64,000 bases of DNA from positions 68,436 to 132,435 of the forward strand of contig JAZPXL010000005.1 in assembly GCA_045543615.1 (NCBI GenBank), in the 5' to 3' direction. Source of the stretch: Eubacteriales bacterium (GTDB lineage Bacteria; Bacillota; Clostridia; Oscillospirales; CAG-272). Shown here one piece after another: positions 29,517-39,491 of the stretch. How positions within the stretch are numbered: position 1 is the first letter of the stretch; the number at the start of each line of letters is the position of its first letter. The notes under the pieces are model-generated. The model saw only the letters and a list, made by a program, of their open reading frames with translations, did not search any database and was not told the DNA's origin. The position numbers and the translations under genes are program-made.

Positions 29517-32500
29517 TTAGTCCTCTACTCTGCGCTTCTTGCCAAGCACTGCGCCTACTGTGAGTGCGAGAACTGCGCCACCAATCCAGAGCACAAGTGC
29601 GGAGTTATCGCCTGTGTCGGGAGATGGAGAAGTGTAGGTGTTGGTGAAGACAACTGCCTCGGCATCGAGAATATCTGTGCTTATGATAAGCTCTCCGTTG
29701 CCACCATCAACTGCGCTTACAGTTACTGTGTAAACTGTTGCATCATATGTGATAGCTGCGTCTTCGCCTGCAACCTCGCTTACTGTGTAGGTGTATGTTC
29801 CTGCTTTTTCGATTGCAATAGAACCAAATGCGAAGCTTCCGTCTGCCTTGACGGTTGTAGTCTCAAGCACGTTTCCATCGCTGTCCTTAAGCTCAAAGCT
29901 GAACTCACCGTCAACTATGTCACGGCCAACAAGAACCTTTGTGCCACTGATAACTGCGCTGCTGCTTGAAAGAGCGTAGGTATTGACAAACTCAATCTTC
30001 TCTGCACTCTGCTCGCCCTTTGTAATGACTGCTTTTGCAACGAGTCTGCCCTCGCCGTTATCGCTTACCGTAACACTTACGGTATAAACCGACTCGTCAT
30101 AGCTTACTCCACCAAGAACGCCCTTGATCTCGTTTACCGTGTAGATGTATGTGCCGACCTTGTCAAATGTCAAAGTGGAGAATGCAACCTTTCCGTCAGC
30201 TGTATTCTTGACTGTCTCAACAACATTTCCACTTGCATCCTTAAGCTCAAAGCTGAACTCACCATCTGCAAGCTCACGGCCGCTCAGTGTCTTGTTTGCC
30301 TCAACCTTTACGGAGTCTGCCTCTGCCTTGTATGTGTTTGCAAACACGATATTGTCTGCACCCACTACATTTGCTACGAGCTTTCCGTTCAGGTCATCAA
30401 CTACCGTTACGGTAATTGTATAAACCGACTTGTCGTATGTTACACCACCGAGTGTTTCTTCAAGCTCACTTACAGTATAGGTGTATGTTCCTGCCTCTGT
30501 ATACGTAATGCTGCTAAAGCCGAACTTACCGTCCTTTGCGTTCTTGACCGACTCAATAACAGCACCACTTGCATCCTTAAGCTCAAAGATAAACTCGCCA
30601 TCAGCAAGCTCACGGCCGGAAAGTGTCTTGTTGCCACCAAAGCTTACGCTTGTGGAGTCTGCCTTATACTTGTTTGCAAACTTGATTGCCTGAGCACCCT
30701 CTACACTTGCTATAAGCTTGCCCTCGCCGTTATCGGTGACGACAACCTTAACTGCGTAAACTGTGCCATCGTAGCTTACTCCACCGAGTTCGCCCTTAAC
30801 CTCGCTTACTGTGTAGTTGTATGTGCCTGCCTTGTTGTATGTGATTGTGCTGAATCTGAATGTGCCGTCTGCCTCATTCTTAACAGTTTCAAGCTCCTTG
30901 CCCGACTCATCCTTGAGTACGAACGAGAACTCGCCTGCGACAAGTGCTCTGCCGTCTATCGTCTTTGTACCTGCAAGGCTTGCTGTTGCGCTGTCTGCGC
31001 TGTATGTGTTTCTGAATACTATGCCTGTGTCCCCACTAACGCTTGCTGTAAGCTTGCCGTTCATATCGTCTGTAACGGTTACGGTTACGGTGTAAACGTG
31101 TGTATCGTAAGAAACGCCACCTGCATTTCCGGAAACCTCGCTTACTGTGTATACGTATGTTCCTGCCTCGGTGTAGGTGATGGGACTGAATACGAACTTG
31201 CCGTCAGCCTTGTTCTTTACTGTCTCAAGCTCATTGCCCGATGCGTCCTTGAGTACGAATGAGAACTCGCCATCAAGAAGAACTCTGCCGTCAAGAACCT
31301 TGTTTCCACCAAACTCCGCATCTGTGGACTCTGCCTTATAGCTGTTCGTGAATACGATAGCATCAGCACCCTCCACGCTTGCTACAAGCTTACCCTCGCC
31401 GTTATCGGTAACAACGACCTTGATGGTGTAAGCTGTGCTATCATAAGTAACGCCACCTGCGTTGCCTGCAAGCTCAACAACCTCATAGGTGTATGTACCA
31501 ACGGATGTATAGGTAATAGGCGCGAATGCAAAGCCACCGTTTGAAAGGTTATAAACAGTTTCTATCGTGTTGCCGTCTGCGTCAACAAGTGCAAATCCAA
31601 ACTCGCCGAGAGCGAGAGGTCTGCCGTTAAGCTTCTTGCTTCCGCTGAACTGAACGGTTGTGGAATTTGCCGAATACTTGTTATTGAACTCGACGCTGAG
31701 AGGCGGGATGTTTGCTGTGAGTGTGCCCTCGCCGTCATCTGTAACGGTTATGGTAAGTGTATATACGGTGTCGTCATACTCTACTCCGCCAAGGAAGCCG
31801 GAAACCTCATATATTACATAAGTGTACTCGCCCGGGGCGGTGAATGTAATTGCATCGAATGCAAAGTCTCCGTTTGCTTCATTCTTTACAACGTCAATTA
31901 TCTGACCGTTGGAGTCAATGAGGTTGAACGAGAACTCGCCGGCTTTAAGAAGGCGTCCGTCAAGTACCTTTCTGCCACGGATGGTCGCCTCTGTTGAGGT
32001 TGCTGCGTATGTATTGGTAAAGATGATATTCTCTGCACCGTTTACGTCTGCAACAAGGCTACCCAAGCCATCGTCACTTACAATTACTGTGACTGTGTAA
32101 ACTGTCTCGTCATATCTGATACCACCAACAGTACCCTTTACCTCGTTTACGGTATATACGAATGTACCTGTGGTGTCGAAATCAAGCTCTGTGAACGAGA
32201 AATTTCCAAGTGCGTCATTCTTTACTGTCTCGATTGTATTTCCGTCTGCATCCTTGAGTATGAAGCTGAATTCGCCATCTCTGAGAGGACGGCCAACGAG
32301 AACCTTTTCGCCACTTATATCGGCAGTTGTTCCACTGGGAAGATATGTGTTTGTGAAAACGGGAGCTTCAACGGGAACATTTTCGCTGTTGTAGATATTA
32401 ACAACGGAAACAAGAGATCCCCTTCCGTCATCGCTTACAGTAACCTTTACTCGATATACGGAGTCATCGTATGTGATACCGTTGATTACCTGACCACCGT

Positions 32501-35500
32501 GACTCTCGCTGATGAGGTAGTAATATGTACCTGCATCCACATACTCGATTTCAGAGAATGCGAAGACGCCGTTTGCGTTGTTGGATACATTTTCAATGAG
32601 CGCGCCCTTTGTCCAGGATGCGTCTGAGAGATAGAGGTTAAATCCGAACTCACCGGCTGTGAGCACCTTGCCCTCAAATATCTTCGATCCACCCAAGCTT
32701 TCCTTTGTAGGTGATGGAACATAGGAGTTTACAAACTCGATCTCGTCAACGCCGGATCCACCTTCAATATGCATCTCAACCGTAGATACTACAAGCTGAC
32801 CAAGTCCGTTATCAGCAATAACAACTTCAACGTGATAACGAGTGGTATCGTATGTAATTCCGTAGATCTTGTCTTCATCGGACTCTGCAACGATATAGTA
32901 ATATGTGCCGGCCTCTGTATAGGTAATTGCGGGGAATGCGAAATGACCATCGCTGAAGTTGCGTGCTGTGTATGTCTTAGCACCGTTTGCGATATTGCCT
33001 GCGCTGTCGGATTCTGTGAGAGTGAATACAAACTCATCGTTGAGAAGTACTCTGCCATCAAGAACCTTGCTTCCTCCGATAGAATAATCTACCGAGGATG
33101 CATTATATGTATTGTTGAACTCGATTACATTGTTTGCTACATTGAGTACGCTGTATGTAGCGACAAGCTTTCCACCGTTATCGGTAACCGTTACAGTTAC
33201 ACGGCGAACGCTCTTGTCAGTAGTAACACCGTTTGCATCTGCAGAAGTCTCAACTATATCGTAATAGTATGCGCCAACCTTGTCAAATGTAAGTGCCTTG
33301 TCAAATGTAACCTTGCCCTGAGCATTGTTTTTGCCGGTTGCAACCAAAGCTCTCGTGTCTCTCTCACGGATCTCGAATGTAAACTCACCATCACGGAGAG
33401 GTCTGCCCGAAAGGTTCTTTCTTACATCAAGTGCAAGTGTGGCCTCTGCGGGAGCGTATGTGTTCTCAAATGTTACGCTTGTCTGCGAGCTTGCTCCATC
33501 GGGTTTTGTTGTTCCGATGTATGCGTATGCTACAAGATAACCATTGTTGCTGTCAACAACCTCAACTGTTACTGCATACTCTGCACTTGAGTAGCTCCAG
33601 CCATCTGCAGTTGCAGCAGGAACGATTTCCTTGAGAACATAAGCGTATGTGCCCGCCTCTGTGTAGGTCATATTGAATCTGGTAAAGCCACGCTCAGTGG
33701 TCTTATCAGATGTTGCAACAAGGTTGCCGTCTGCATCGTAAAGGCCGAATGTAAAGCCTGCCAGAGTTGCCAGAGGGCTTGCGCTGTTGTTTACAACACT
33801 CTTGTTGATTTCAATGGAAGCTGTTGTTGAAGCTGCGTCATAAGTATTTGTGAAGTCTGCATCAACCGACCAATTGCCGTTGCCGTCCTGTGTAACGTGA
33901 ACTGTGTCACGGTATGCAACAACATCTGCAATCTCAAGCTTGCCGTCGAGGTCACTGTCACCGATAATTACGCCGAATGCGTGAACTGTTGTATCATAAT
34001 CCATACCACCCTGAGTACCTGCATTCTCTTTGATGCGATAGTAATATGTGCCTGTGGTGGTGTAGATCTCATTTGCAAGTGCGCTACCAAAGTCAAATAC
34101 ACGGTCAGCATCACTTCCGTTTACGCCTGCAGTTCCGAGAGCCTTCCAGCTACCAGTTGCTGCGTCATATCTCTCAAGAACGAATGTAAAGCTGTCGGAG
34201 GATACCCACTCACGTCCGATGAGGTACTTTGTTCCTGATACCTTGACGGATGCAGATGTAAGCTCTTCGGGTGTGTAGTAGTTGCCGATGATTACCGAAA
34301 CAACATTGTCCTTGAGGATTGTAACCTTACCGTCACCTGCAATACCGTTGTCATAGTAACCTGCGACAAATCCGTCTCCGGGGTTCTTCTCTACTACGGT
34401 AGCCTCAGTTCCCTCAGGAAGACCGAAGATCTCGAAGCTCTCATCGTGACCGAGGAGAACAACTACCTCGCCGTTTGCGTTAACTGTAACTGATGTAACG
34501 CTTGCGTCGCCCTTGTGCTTAGCCTCAAAGCTCTTGCCCTTAACGCCAACACCGTCAAGTGTGATGGTGATCTCAAACTTCTTGTCTGCGGGAATTACGA
34601 AATCTGTGCCGAAGGAATGAGCAATTTCCTTGGTTACTGTGAGGTCGCCCTCTCCACGTGCTGTGTTTACAAAGTTTACTCTGGAAAGCGTCTGATTCTG
34701 AAGAACCACCTCAGCTCCACTTACGGATGTTGTTCCGTTGATGGAGGAAACGATATAGTACTCGCTCTCAGTCTCGTCGATGGAGTATCTTGTACCTGCG
34801 GCAAGACCTGTGATGTAAGCGGACTCGCCGTCCTTAAGGTTAACAACTGCGCTGCCACCTGTAAATGTTACTGTGCTCTTTGTAACGTTTGCGTCTGCAT
34901 CTACGTGGTAGTAGGTGTATGTGCCATTGTCAGCAGGGTTTGTGAGGTTTGTAACTGTAAACTCAAAGGAAGTGTTTGCACCGGATGTTGTGTTTACAAC
35001 ATCAATTTCCTTTGTGATCTTGATTCCCGTTGCGGGAACAACTGTAATTCTACCGTTGTTGCCGTGTGTTGCACCTACGATGTAGGAATACTCAGCGTCA
35101 ACAAATGGCTCGTATGCGTATTTGAGAGATTCGGTTTTGTTCTCTGCCTTGAGGATTTCAAAATCCTCAATGAGAGTGTGGACAGTTCCTGCGGGAACAT
35201 ACCAGTTGCCGTTTGAGCCACTCTGCGCCTTTGCAAGCGATTTAGAAGAGATTCTCTCATATACAACTGTTGTTCTCAGCGGATTGTCTGCGTATGTCTT
35301 TATTGCTCGGTAGTATGTTCCCGATGCCAAGGGAGCAGACGTGCCGGAATAAAGAGTGCCGTTTGTGTCTGTGTAGATAAGCGAATCGGTTGTGTAATAG
35401 TATCTGTCGTTTTCGGTAGCAGGTCTGAAGTAAGAATATGTATTCTTTTCGTTGTAAACGATCTCGTTCTGCCACTTGTTTGTATAAAAATCGTAAGAGC

Positions 35501-37562
35501 CGTCTGCGTTGATGTATTCGTAATTATCGCCAACAATACTCTCAACTGTAACCTCGTTGATCTCGCTGTCAAGCGCAACCTCATACACAAGTCTGATGGG
35601 GTGGTTAGCACCACTTACTGCAAGGCTTGTAAGAGAGCCGTTTTCGTCAAGCTCAACCTCGTATGTTACTGTGGGAATAAGGGATGCGGGAACTGAGAAA
35701 TGGAGGCTTACGCTACCTGTTGCAATCTCCTCGGATACACGGATGCTTGCATACATCATATCACTTGCTGTAACGCCGTGGTCCTCATCAACTGCGCCAA
35801 GATAGCCGTAAGATTTGTAAATATATGCAGGTCTTGTTGCGTCTGTGAGTGTGGGATCGGAGGGATCGGGCATTGTGGTGATGCCCTCGTGCCAGAAGCC
35901 GAGGAACTCGCCGGCTGCATTTGCGTACCAACCGATATAGTTGCTGTACTCGCCTGTGGAGGCATTGTAGGAAATCTGTCCCTCTGCAAACGCAAGGCTT
36001 GCAAGAGTTCTTGCTTCATCTGCGCTGATGCCGAGTCTGGCACCGATTGCCGCAATCATTGTTGTTCCGAGAGCGGTGGGGTTGTCGGGAGTGCCGAGAG
36101 CGCCGCCTGATGTTACGAAATTACTTGCAAGAGTTGCTCCTGAGTAGAGCGTGTTATTGATGAGAAGTCCCTTGATATCTACTACATCCATATAGTAGCC
36201 AATCTCGTCCTCAAAGGTTACCCATCCCGAGAGATGCTCATTGGTCTCAACGAGAGTCGGGAAATAACGGGACTGAAGCTGAATTGTACCAACGATCTCG
36301 TCAAATGCAGATTCAAGCTCAGCACCGGGGTTTGAGGAGGCAGTGTCAGCCTCAAAGTAGCCGTCTACATAATTCTTATCAAGTGCAAGATCAATCTTCT
36401 CTACATTATAATATGTAACTCTGAAGCCGTTTCTTTCTGTGTGAACGGTAACATCGTCGCCAACTTCTGCTGCATTGTAATTTGTCCAAAGCTCAGAGAT
36501 AGCCGAGCTCGAGTTCGAGGGGTTTACAACGCTTGTTGCGATGCTGTCATTTGAAACGCCGAGTCCAAGTGTATAAAGGAGAGCCGAACCATAAACCTCG
36601 GTCATCTTTGCCTTTACGTACGCTATTGAGAGCTGGCTGAGGAAGCCTGTTGCTGCAGTTGCAGTGCTACCGTTACCGAGATTGTTGTCACCGGGGTTTG
36701 TAAAGCTTGTGGTTGCGAGTGTGGGAGCACCGTCTGTCATAAGAACCATAACGGGCACACGGTCAAGAACGCCGAGAACGGGGTCTGTAACCTTTGTGTC
36801 GCCAAGCTGATCCATAAACTCTTCCATAGCACCGACAACACCCCTCTGGATGTATGTTGCGCCATATACCTGCTTGGATGCGCTTTGGGGTGCTCTGCCT
36901 GTCTCTTCATTTACTACGTCAGAGTCAATGGAAACTGTCTCTACACTTCTATCTCCATAACCCGTCTTGCTGTAAGAGAGGTACTCACCATCGCTACCTG
37001 TGGTATATCTGCCAAGAGGAAGCAGGGTCAAAGCTGCGTCTGAGTTATTCGTGCTTGAAGAGCCTGAATAAAGAATAACGCCTACACGGTTGTACTTTCC
37101 ACTCTCAAGAAGTGTTTTGATGCTGGAGTTTGCTGCATCAACCATTTCATCGGAAAGAGCGTTGTTACCTTCTCTTGAATTCATCGAGCCTGAAACGTCA
37201 AGCACGAGCATTGTGTCTGTGGGAACATAGGACATACCTGCAACTGCAATATTTGATGCAATAGCAGAAAGAGCAACGAGGAAGCTGTCATCACGTTGCA
37301 TTGTGATGCCTGTTCCACCAAACGCCGATGCATTTGTGAATACGGACTTATCCGTCCATACACCACCTGCGTTTTCTGTGCTCAGATGTGTAGGACCGAA
37401 AAGATCCTTCCAACCATCCATTGTGGAGAGGTCAGCAACTCTGCTGTCCTCGTCTGCTGCAAGTGCAGTGGTAAATGTAATTGCTGTAAGAGGAACAAGT
37501 CCAATTACCAACATTACCGAGAGCAAGATGCTTAAAGCTTTTTTACCAATAGTTCTTATCAT
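29517..37562 (-). CDS. giant cell-wall-anchored adhesin: signal peptide, vWA (MIDAS) domain, about 13 tandem Spy0128/FctA-type isopeptide pilin-like domains, SPDTG sorting signal
   Basis: I take ATG 37562 as the start (GGAGG 7 nt upstream, MIRTIGKKALSILL signal), giving 2681 aa. MIDAS motif in VLDVSGSMN. Recurring K-x-L-x-GR-x-L-x-x-GEF-x-F-x-L ... Y-x-V/I-x-E ... F-x-N-x-Y modules. C-terminus is SPDTG (29610-29624) plus a hydrophobic helix plus KKRR. Confidence 0.9.
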   Translation of the reverse strand: MIRTIGKKALSILLSVMLVIGLVPLTAITFTTALAADEDSRVADLSTMDGWKDLFGPTHLSTENAGGVWTDKSVFTNASAFGGTGITMQRDDSFLVALSAIASNIAVAGMSYVPTDTMLVLDVSGSMNSREGNNALSDEMVDAANSSIKTLLESGKYNRVGVILYSGSSSTNNSDAALTLLPLGRYTTGSDGEYLSYSKTGYGDRSVETVSIDSDVVNEETGRAPQSASKQVYGATYIQRGVVGAMEEFMDQLGDTKVTDPVLGVLDRVPVMVLMTDGAPTLATTSFTNPGDNNLGNGSTATAATGFLSQLSIAYVKAKMTEVYGSALLYTLGLGVSNDSIATSVVNPSNSSSAISELWTNYNAAEVGDDVTVHTERNGFRVTYYNVEKIDLALDKNYVDGYFEADTASSNPGAELESAFDEIVGTIQLQSRYFPTLVETNEHLSGWVTFEDEIGYYMDVVDIKGLLINNTLYSGATLASNFVTSGGALGTPDNPTALGTTMIAAIGARLGISADEARTLASLAFAEGQISYNASTGEYSNYIGWYANAAGEFLGFWHEGITTMPDPSDPTLTDATRPAYIYKSYGYLGAVDEDHGVTASDMMYASIRVSEEIATGSVSLHFSVPASLIPTVTYEVELDENGSLTSLAVSGANHPIRLVYEVALDSEINEVTVESIVGDNYEYINADGSYDFYTNKWQNEIVYNEKNTYSYFRPATENDRYYYTTDSLIYTDTNGTLYSGTSAPLASGTYYRAIKTYADNPLRTTVVYERISSKSLAKAQSGSNGNWYVPAGTVHTLIEDFEILKAENKTESLKYAYEPFVDAEYSYIVGATHGNNGRITVVPATGIKITKEIDVVNTTSGANTSFEFTVTNLTNPADNGTYTYYHVDADANVTKSTVTFTGGSAVVNLKDGESAYITGLAAGTRYSIDETESEYYIVSSINGTTSVSGAEVVLQNQTLSRVNFVNTARGEGDLTVTKEIAHSFGTDFVIPADKKFEITITLDGVGVKGKSFEAKHKGDASVTSVTVNANGEVVVLLGHDESFEIFGLPEGTEATVVEKNPGDGFVAGYYDNGIAGDGKVTILKDNVVSVIIGNYYTPEELTSASVKVSGTKYLIGREWVSSDSFTFVLERYDAATGSWKALGTAGVNGSDADRVFDFGSALANEIYTTTGTYYYRIKENAGTQGGMDYDTTVHAFGVIIGDSDLDGKLEIADVVAYRDTVHVTQDGNGNWSVDADFTNTYDAASTTASIEINKSVVNNSASPLATLAGFTFGLYDADGNLVATSDKTTERGFTRFNMTYTEAGTYAYVLKEIVPAATADGWSYSSAEYAVTVEVVDSNNGYLVAYAYIGTTKPDGASSQTSVTFENTYAPAEATLALDVRKNLSGRPLRDGEFTFEIRERDTRALVATGKNNAQGKVTFDKALTFDKVGAYYYDIVETSADANGVTTDKSVRRVTVTVTDNGGKLVATYSVLNVANNVIEFNNTYNASSVDYSIGGSKVLDGRVLLNDEFVFTLTESDSAGNIANGAKTYTARNFSDGHFAFPAITYTEAGTYYYIVAESDEDKIYGITYDTTRYHVEVVIADNGLGQLVVSTVEMHIEGGSGVDEIEFVNSYVPSPTKESLGGSKIFEGKVLTAGEFGFNLYLSDASWTKGALIENVSNNANGVFAFSEIEYVDAGTYYYLISESHGGQVINGITYDDSVYRVKVTVSDDGRGSLVSVVNIYNSENVPVEAPVFTNTYLPSGTTADISGEKVLVGRPLRDGEFSFILKDADGNTIETVKNDALGNFSFTELDFDTTGTFVYTVNEVKGTVGGIRYDETVYTVTVIVSDDGLGSLVADVNGAENIIFTNTYAATSTEATIRGRKVLDGRLLKAGEFSFNLIDSNGQIIDVVKNEANGDFAFDAITFTAPGEYTYVIYEVSGFLGGVEYDDTVYTLTITVTDDGEGTLTANIPPLSVEFNNKYSANSTTVQFSGSKKLNGRPLALGEFGFALVDADGNTIETVYNLSNGGFAFAPITYTSVGTYTYEVVELAGNAGGVTYDSTAYTIKVVVTDNGEGKLVASVEGADAIVFTNSYKAESTDAEFGGNKVLDGRVLLDGEFSFVLKDASGNELETVKNKADGKFVFSPITYTEAGTYVYTVSEVSGNAGGVSYDTHVYTVTVTVTDDMNGKLTASVSGDTGIVFRNTYSADSATASLAGTKTIDGRALVAGEFSFVLKDESGKELETVKNEADGTFRFSTITYNKAGTYNYTVSEVKGELGGVSYDGTVYAVKVVVTDNGEGKLIASVEGAQAIKFANKYKADSTSVSFGGNKTLSGRELADGEFIFELKDASGAVIESVKNAKDGKFGFSSITYTEAGTYTYTVSELEETLGGVTYDKSVYTITVTVVDDLNGKLVANVVGADNIVFANTYKAEADSVKVEANKTLSGRELADGEFSFELKDASGNVVETVKNTADGKVAFSTLTFDKVGTYIYTVNEIKGVLGGVSYDESVYTVSVTVSDNGEGRLVAKAVITKGEQSAEKIEFVNTYALSSSSAVISGTKVLVGRDIVDGEFSFELKDSDGNVLETTTVKADGSFAFGSIAIEKAGTYTYTVSEVAGEDAAITYDATVYTVTVSAVDGGNGELIISTDILDAEAVVFTNTYTSPSPDTGDNSALVLWIGGAVLALTVGAVLGKKRRVED
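29650..34250. repeat. about 13 diverged tandem coding repeats (about 336-375 nt each) inside the adhesin gene
   Basis: The antisense ORF track shows recurring MYVPA/MYVPT peptides at 29791, 30145, 30481 and 30817 (336-354 nt spacing). The same GTY-Y-Y codon block recurs at about 31150, 31490, 31822, 32152, 32520, 32897, 33260, 33640 and 34040. Confidence 0.8.
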
Positions 37563-37588
37563 ATCTGTACCTCCATTGAATCTCTTGC

Positions 37589-37891
37589 TTAATTTTTTTG
37601 CGTGCGTGTCTGGTCGTGTATGCACACTCCGATAAGATCACCCTCTTTTTCGCGCAACATATATTTGCACGAGCCGCAATCAAGACAGCGTCCCTGCCCA
37701 TCCTTGTCAGTCGCATATTGACAAGAATCGGTAAAAACATTAACCCATCTCAATCCGCCGGGGGTGAATCTTGGAGCTTCATCAAAGTCCGGATACTCTC
37801 CGAAATATTTGCCAAGCTTCTCGTTGTATATGAATCTAACTTTACATTCATCTCCATCGAGAACAAAACTGCGAACGATCATTGGTTTCAC
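37589..37891 (-). CDS. small Cys-rich protein of unknown function, co-transcribed with the adhesin
   Basis: 100 aa with a GTG start and AAGGAG 7 nt upstream. Cys pattern is C-x11-C-x2-C-x2-C (CQYATDKDGQGRCLDCGSC). It ends 26 nt before the adhesin start. Its own TTTACT-17-TATAAT promoter is just upstream. Confidence 0.6.
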   Translation of the reverse strand: MKPMIVRSFVLDGDECKVRFIYNEKLGKYFGEYPDFDEAPRFTPGGLRWVNVFTDSCQYATDKDGQGRCLDCGSCKYMLREKEGDLIGVCIHDQTRTQKN

Positions 37892-38049
37892 AACAGCGCT
37901 CCTTATTCATTGTTGTATTTATTATAACAGACTCCTGCGTTGCAGTAAAGGATTTTTCCTCCGTCATTTGTACACTTTTTAGATTGATCAAAAGTCCTAA
38001 AATGAGCTTTGTTCAAAATAATATGAAATTTTATGCAAAAATAATCAAA

Positions 38050-38077
38050 GGATCTGTTCGCATAAGCGAACAGATCC
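38050..38077 (-). terminator. terminator after the LuxR-type regulator gene
   Basis: 12-bp stem ggatctgttcgc / gcgaacagatcc with an ATAA loop and a U-rich tail on the minus strand. Confidence 0.65.
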
Positions 38078-38083
38078 AAAAAA

Positions 38084-39259
38084 TCATCTTACAAAATATT
38101 TAAGAAGCTCCCCTCGGCTCGAAATATCAAGCTTTTCATAAATGACTGAAATTGTGTGCTTGACAGCCCTAGGCATAATTCCAAGGTAATCAGAGATCTC
38201 CTTGACGCTCCAGCCCTGACGATAAAGTCCTGCAACAGCAATCTCTTCGGGTGTGAAATGCTCAACCATCGAAGCGTTCTTTTCGATGTTTTGAAGCTGA
38301 CGCCACGCAACTCCAAAGCCCTCGCCAAGTCGGCTTATCACCTCAAGCTCACGAGCGTCGCTCTTGTGCAGACAAATCTCTGCCATACCCTTGATCATAT
38401 CGTAATGTTCTGTTACAACCAAAAGCATTTTGTATCGGCTTGCAATATCCCAACCGGTCAAAAACGCCCTCTTTGCTCTCTCGATGTCCTTGACATTTAC
38501 ATAAGCAGCGGTAAGTATCATACTTGTATATACAGCAACAATGGGATATTTCTCGCAACCGACAGCAATTGAGGCATCGGCCATACCAATAGCTCTTGCG
38601 ATATCACCATTCATATACACCTCGTGCGCGAGCAGATAGCAAGCAAAAAATCTGCATCCCTCAGGGAGCTGTGACACTATTTCGGAAAGTGGCCTGTCGG
38701 CAGTATGATCGAGGTTGAGCAATATAGAAGCAAGGTGCTCGGCATAACATCCGAATGCTCTGAGAGTCTTCGATTTGCTTCCCTTAGCCTCTTTCGTGCG
38801 AACACGAAGGACGTCAAGTCCAAGCTCTGCAAGATGGCTCTTTCCACAAACCAGATTTGCAAAGAGATATAGAGTTGCGGCAGATATTGATATTGATGCG
38901 TTTGAGTGGTCTATGTAAAGCTCGCAAATCTCAGCCGTTTTCTCAGGCTCTCCTGTGTAGTAATAATACTCTGCTCTTGCAATCGCAGCAACCTTCTCAT
39001 CGTCAAAGATCTCGTCTACCATATCGACGCTGTCGGGAATAACGGACGAATGCATCAGCGGCAGAATAGTGTAAACCACATTTCCGTCTCCACTCTCGAC
39101 TCTCTTCTCTCCCTTTTGAGCATCGGTCGGAATAAGCCAGGCTCTGCCAAGTCGATATGCACCCTCAAAGCGACCCTCGCTTGCCCATTTCTGAACAGCC
39201 CTGACCGTAACGCCAAGTCTTTTTGCAGTCGTCTCTGCGCTTTCATATCCTTTTTGCAA
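38084..39259 (-). CDS. transcriptional regulator with an N-terminal excisionase/MerR-like HTH, a helical-repeat middle region and a C-terminal LuxR/FixJ-type HTH
   Basis: 391 aa. N-terminus AKRLGVTVRAVQKWASEGRF. C-terminus FTPEEIAVAGLYRQGWSVKEISDYLGIMPRAVKHTISVIYEKL. TTG start with GGAG upstream. Confidence 0.8.
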   Translation of the reverse strand: MQKGYESAETTAKRLGVTVRAVQKWASEGRFEGAYRLGRAWLIPTDAQKGEKRVESGDGNVVYTILPLMHSSVIPDSVDMVDEIFDDEKVAAIARAEYYYYTGEPEKTAEICELYIDHSNASISISAATLYLFANLVCGKSHLAELGLDVLRVRTKEAKGSKSKTLRAFGCYAEHLASILLNLDHTADRPLSEIVSQLPEGCRFFACYLLAHEVYMNGDIARAIGMADASIAVGCEKYPIVAVYTSMILTAAYVNVKDIERAKRAFLTGWDIASRYKMLLVVTEHYDMIKGMAEICLHKSDARELEVISRLGEGFGVAWRQLQNIEKNASMVEHFTPEEIAVAGLYRQGWSVKEISDYLGIMPRAVKHTISVIYEKLDISSRGELLKYFVR

Positions 39260-39491
39260 TTATATCATCTCCCCGTTTATCTTTGCCCATTATCCGTACT
39301 TTGACGAAAGCTATATAATAAATCAAAAATCAATAATATTATATATTTTTATAACTCAAAAATCAAGCAAAACACGAAAAAAAACAATTTTTTATATTAT
39401 TTTAGACAAATGCTCGTTTTTGTGTTGATTTAAGCTCACAAATATGATAAAATAATTATAATATCCCAATATATTGCAGAAAGGCTATGTT

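Noticed and set aside
27846-29969. 707-aa plus-strand ORF
   Set aside because: It runs antisense across the HAD gene start, the 404-aa surface protein gene and the 3' end of the adhesin gene, including two terminators and a promoter. It is extremely Cys-rich, the typical mirror image of Ala/Thr/Asp-rich genes.
29791-31095. Series of antisense ORFs beginning MYVPA/MYVPT inside the adhesin gene
   Set aside because: They are the reverse-strand shadow of the repeated GTY-x-Y-T/I motif of the isopeptide domains. They have no RBS. They were useful only for measuring the repeat period.
39055-39246. 63-aa minus-strand ORF starting at an ATG 13 nt inside the LuxR-type gene
   Set aside because: It is out of frame with the clearly recognisable N-terminal HTH, which needs the TTG start at 39259. 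It is Arg-rich and low in complexity, and its SD spacing is too short.
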